A DNA stretch of 57,618 bases, counting the filler, from an uncultured virus (IMG/VR IMGVR_UViG_2061766007_001532) (Duplodnaviria; Heunggongvirae; Uroviricota; Caudoviricetes). It is 6 parts of one record of this genome, joined end to end, with 100 filler letters (N's around TTAATTAATTAA, not from the genome) between each part and the next. Parts side by side here need not be neighbours in the genome. Positions count along the whole stretch, not along the records: positions 54,124 to 57,618 come from IMGVR_UViG_2061766007_001532; 5 more parts are not named here. One strand, 5' to 3'. This document shows positions 57,067 to 57,618 of the stretch, piece after piece. Every line of letters begins with the position of its first letter. Positions within the stretch are counted from its first letter, which is position 1. The translations under genes were made by a program, and so were the position numbers. The notes under the pieces were generated by a model. It did no database searches. It worked only from the letters and a program-made list of their open reading frames with translations, and was not told where the DNA came from.

Positions 57067-57618
57067 ATTTTGCCACCTTTCCACGGCTGCCGCCGTTCTT
57101 GTTTACGCCTTAACTATAAACCGCCACGGTCAACAATTCAAACCGAAAAACCACCAAAACAATCAAGCCGTTTTTGTGCAATATTCACAACCGCAAAGGG
57201 TGNNNNNNNNNNNNNNNNNCTTGATAGGAAATGACCAAAATCCTCGGTGGAAGTTCCGGCAGCGAAAACCCTGGCTCGATCCGAGATCAGGGGAAAATTT
57301 TTGAGTACGTTCCCGTCCTATATATTATACTACACCGCAGCAGTCGAGAGTCGATTGTCGAAAACAGTCGAATGTCCTTTTGTTTATTGGCTTTCTGCAT
57401 TTTTTACCAAATATAAACTGTCAGAAGTCGGCTTATTCCTACTAACTTGGTATGGAAGTCGAATGTCCCTCTGTTATATCTTTATAGTCTTGGTCGGACG
57501 GTCGCCTGTCCCCAAGCAGTTTTCGGTCGTTTGTCAAAATAGCCAACCGCAGAGGAATTACCTTTGTGTATTCTGCATAATTGCCAATCGAACCGCAAGG
57601 GTTTACTATTAGGCTATC

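Noticed and set aside
1..57618. Alternative genetic code
   Set aside because: Ungapped genes (terL, portal, lysin, rep) are open and full length under the standard bacterial code

Overview
A near-complete temperate siphovirus-type phage, probably of a Bacillota/Clostridia host (inferred from holins, CHAP/amidase lysins, AAGGAG RBSs and sigmaA-type promoters). The window is not one genome. It is six scaffolds joined by artificial N-TTAATTAATTAA-N linkers, and within them short N gaps join divergent alleles from several related phage strains, so most genes appear 2-6 times as fragments, some inverted. Modules recovered: replication/recombination (SSB, G39P-like protein, replisome organizer with iterons, RecT, YqaJ); lysogeny (Cro, CI, tyrosine integrase, intact attP matching a tRNA-Ala/tmRNA 3' end); two alternative lysis cassettes; tail/baseplate with interchangeable receptor-binding modules; tape measure; head-tail, capsid, scaffold, minor head, portal and terminase genes; and a terminal orphan cluster with a beta-clamp-like protein. 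The multiple alleles act as a built-in comparative alignment. Top finding: an array of up to three A(G/C)AGAA-loop hairpins with compensatory stem changes, directly upstream of the scaffold/capsid RBS, seen in six copies. Second: a tandem NrdR-box-like pair over the portal-operon promoter. All family assignments are by eye from motifs; no searches were run.
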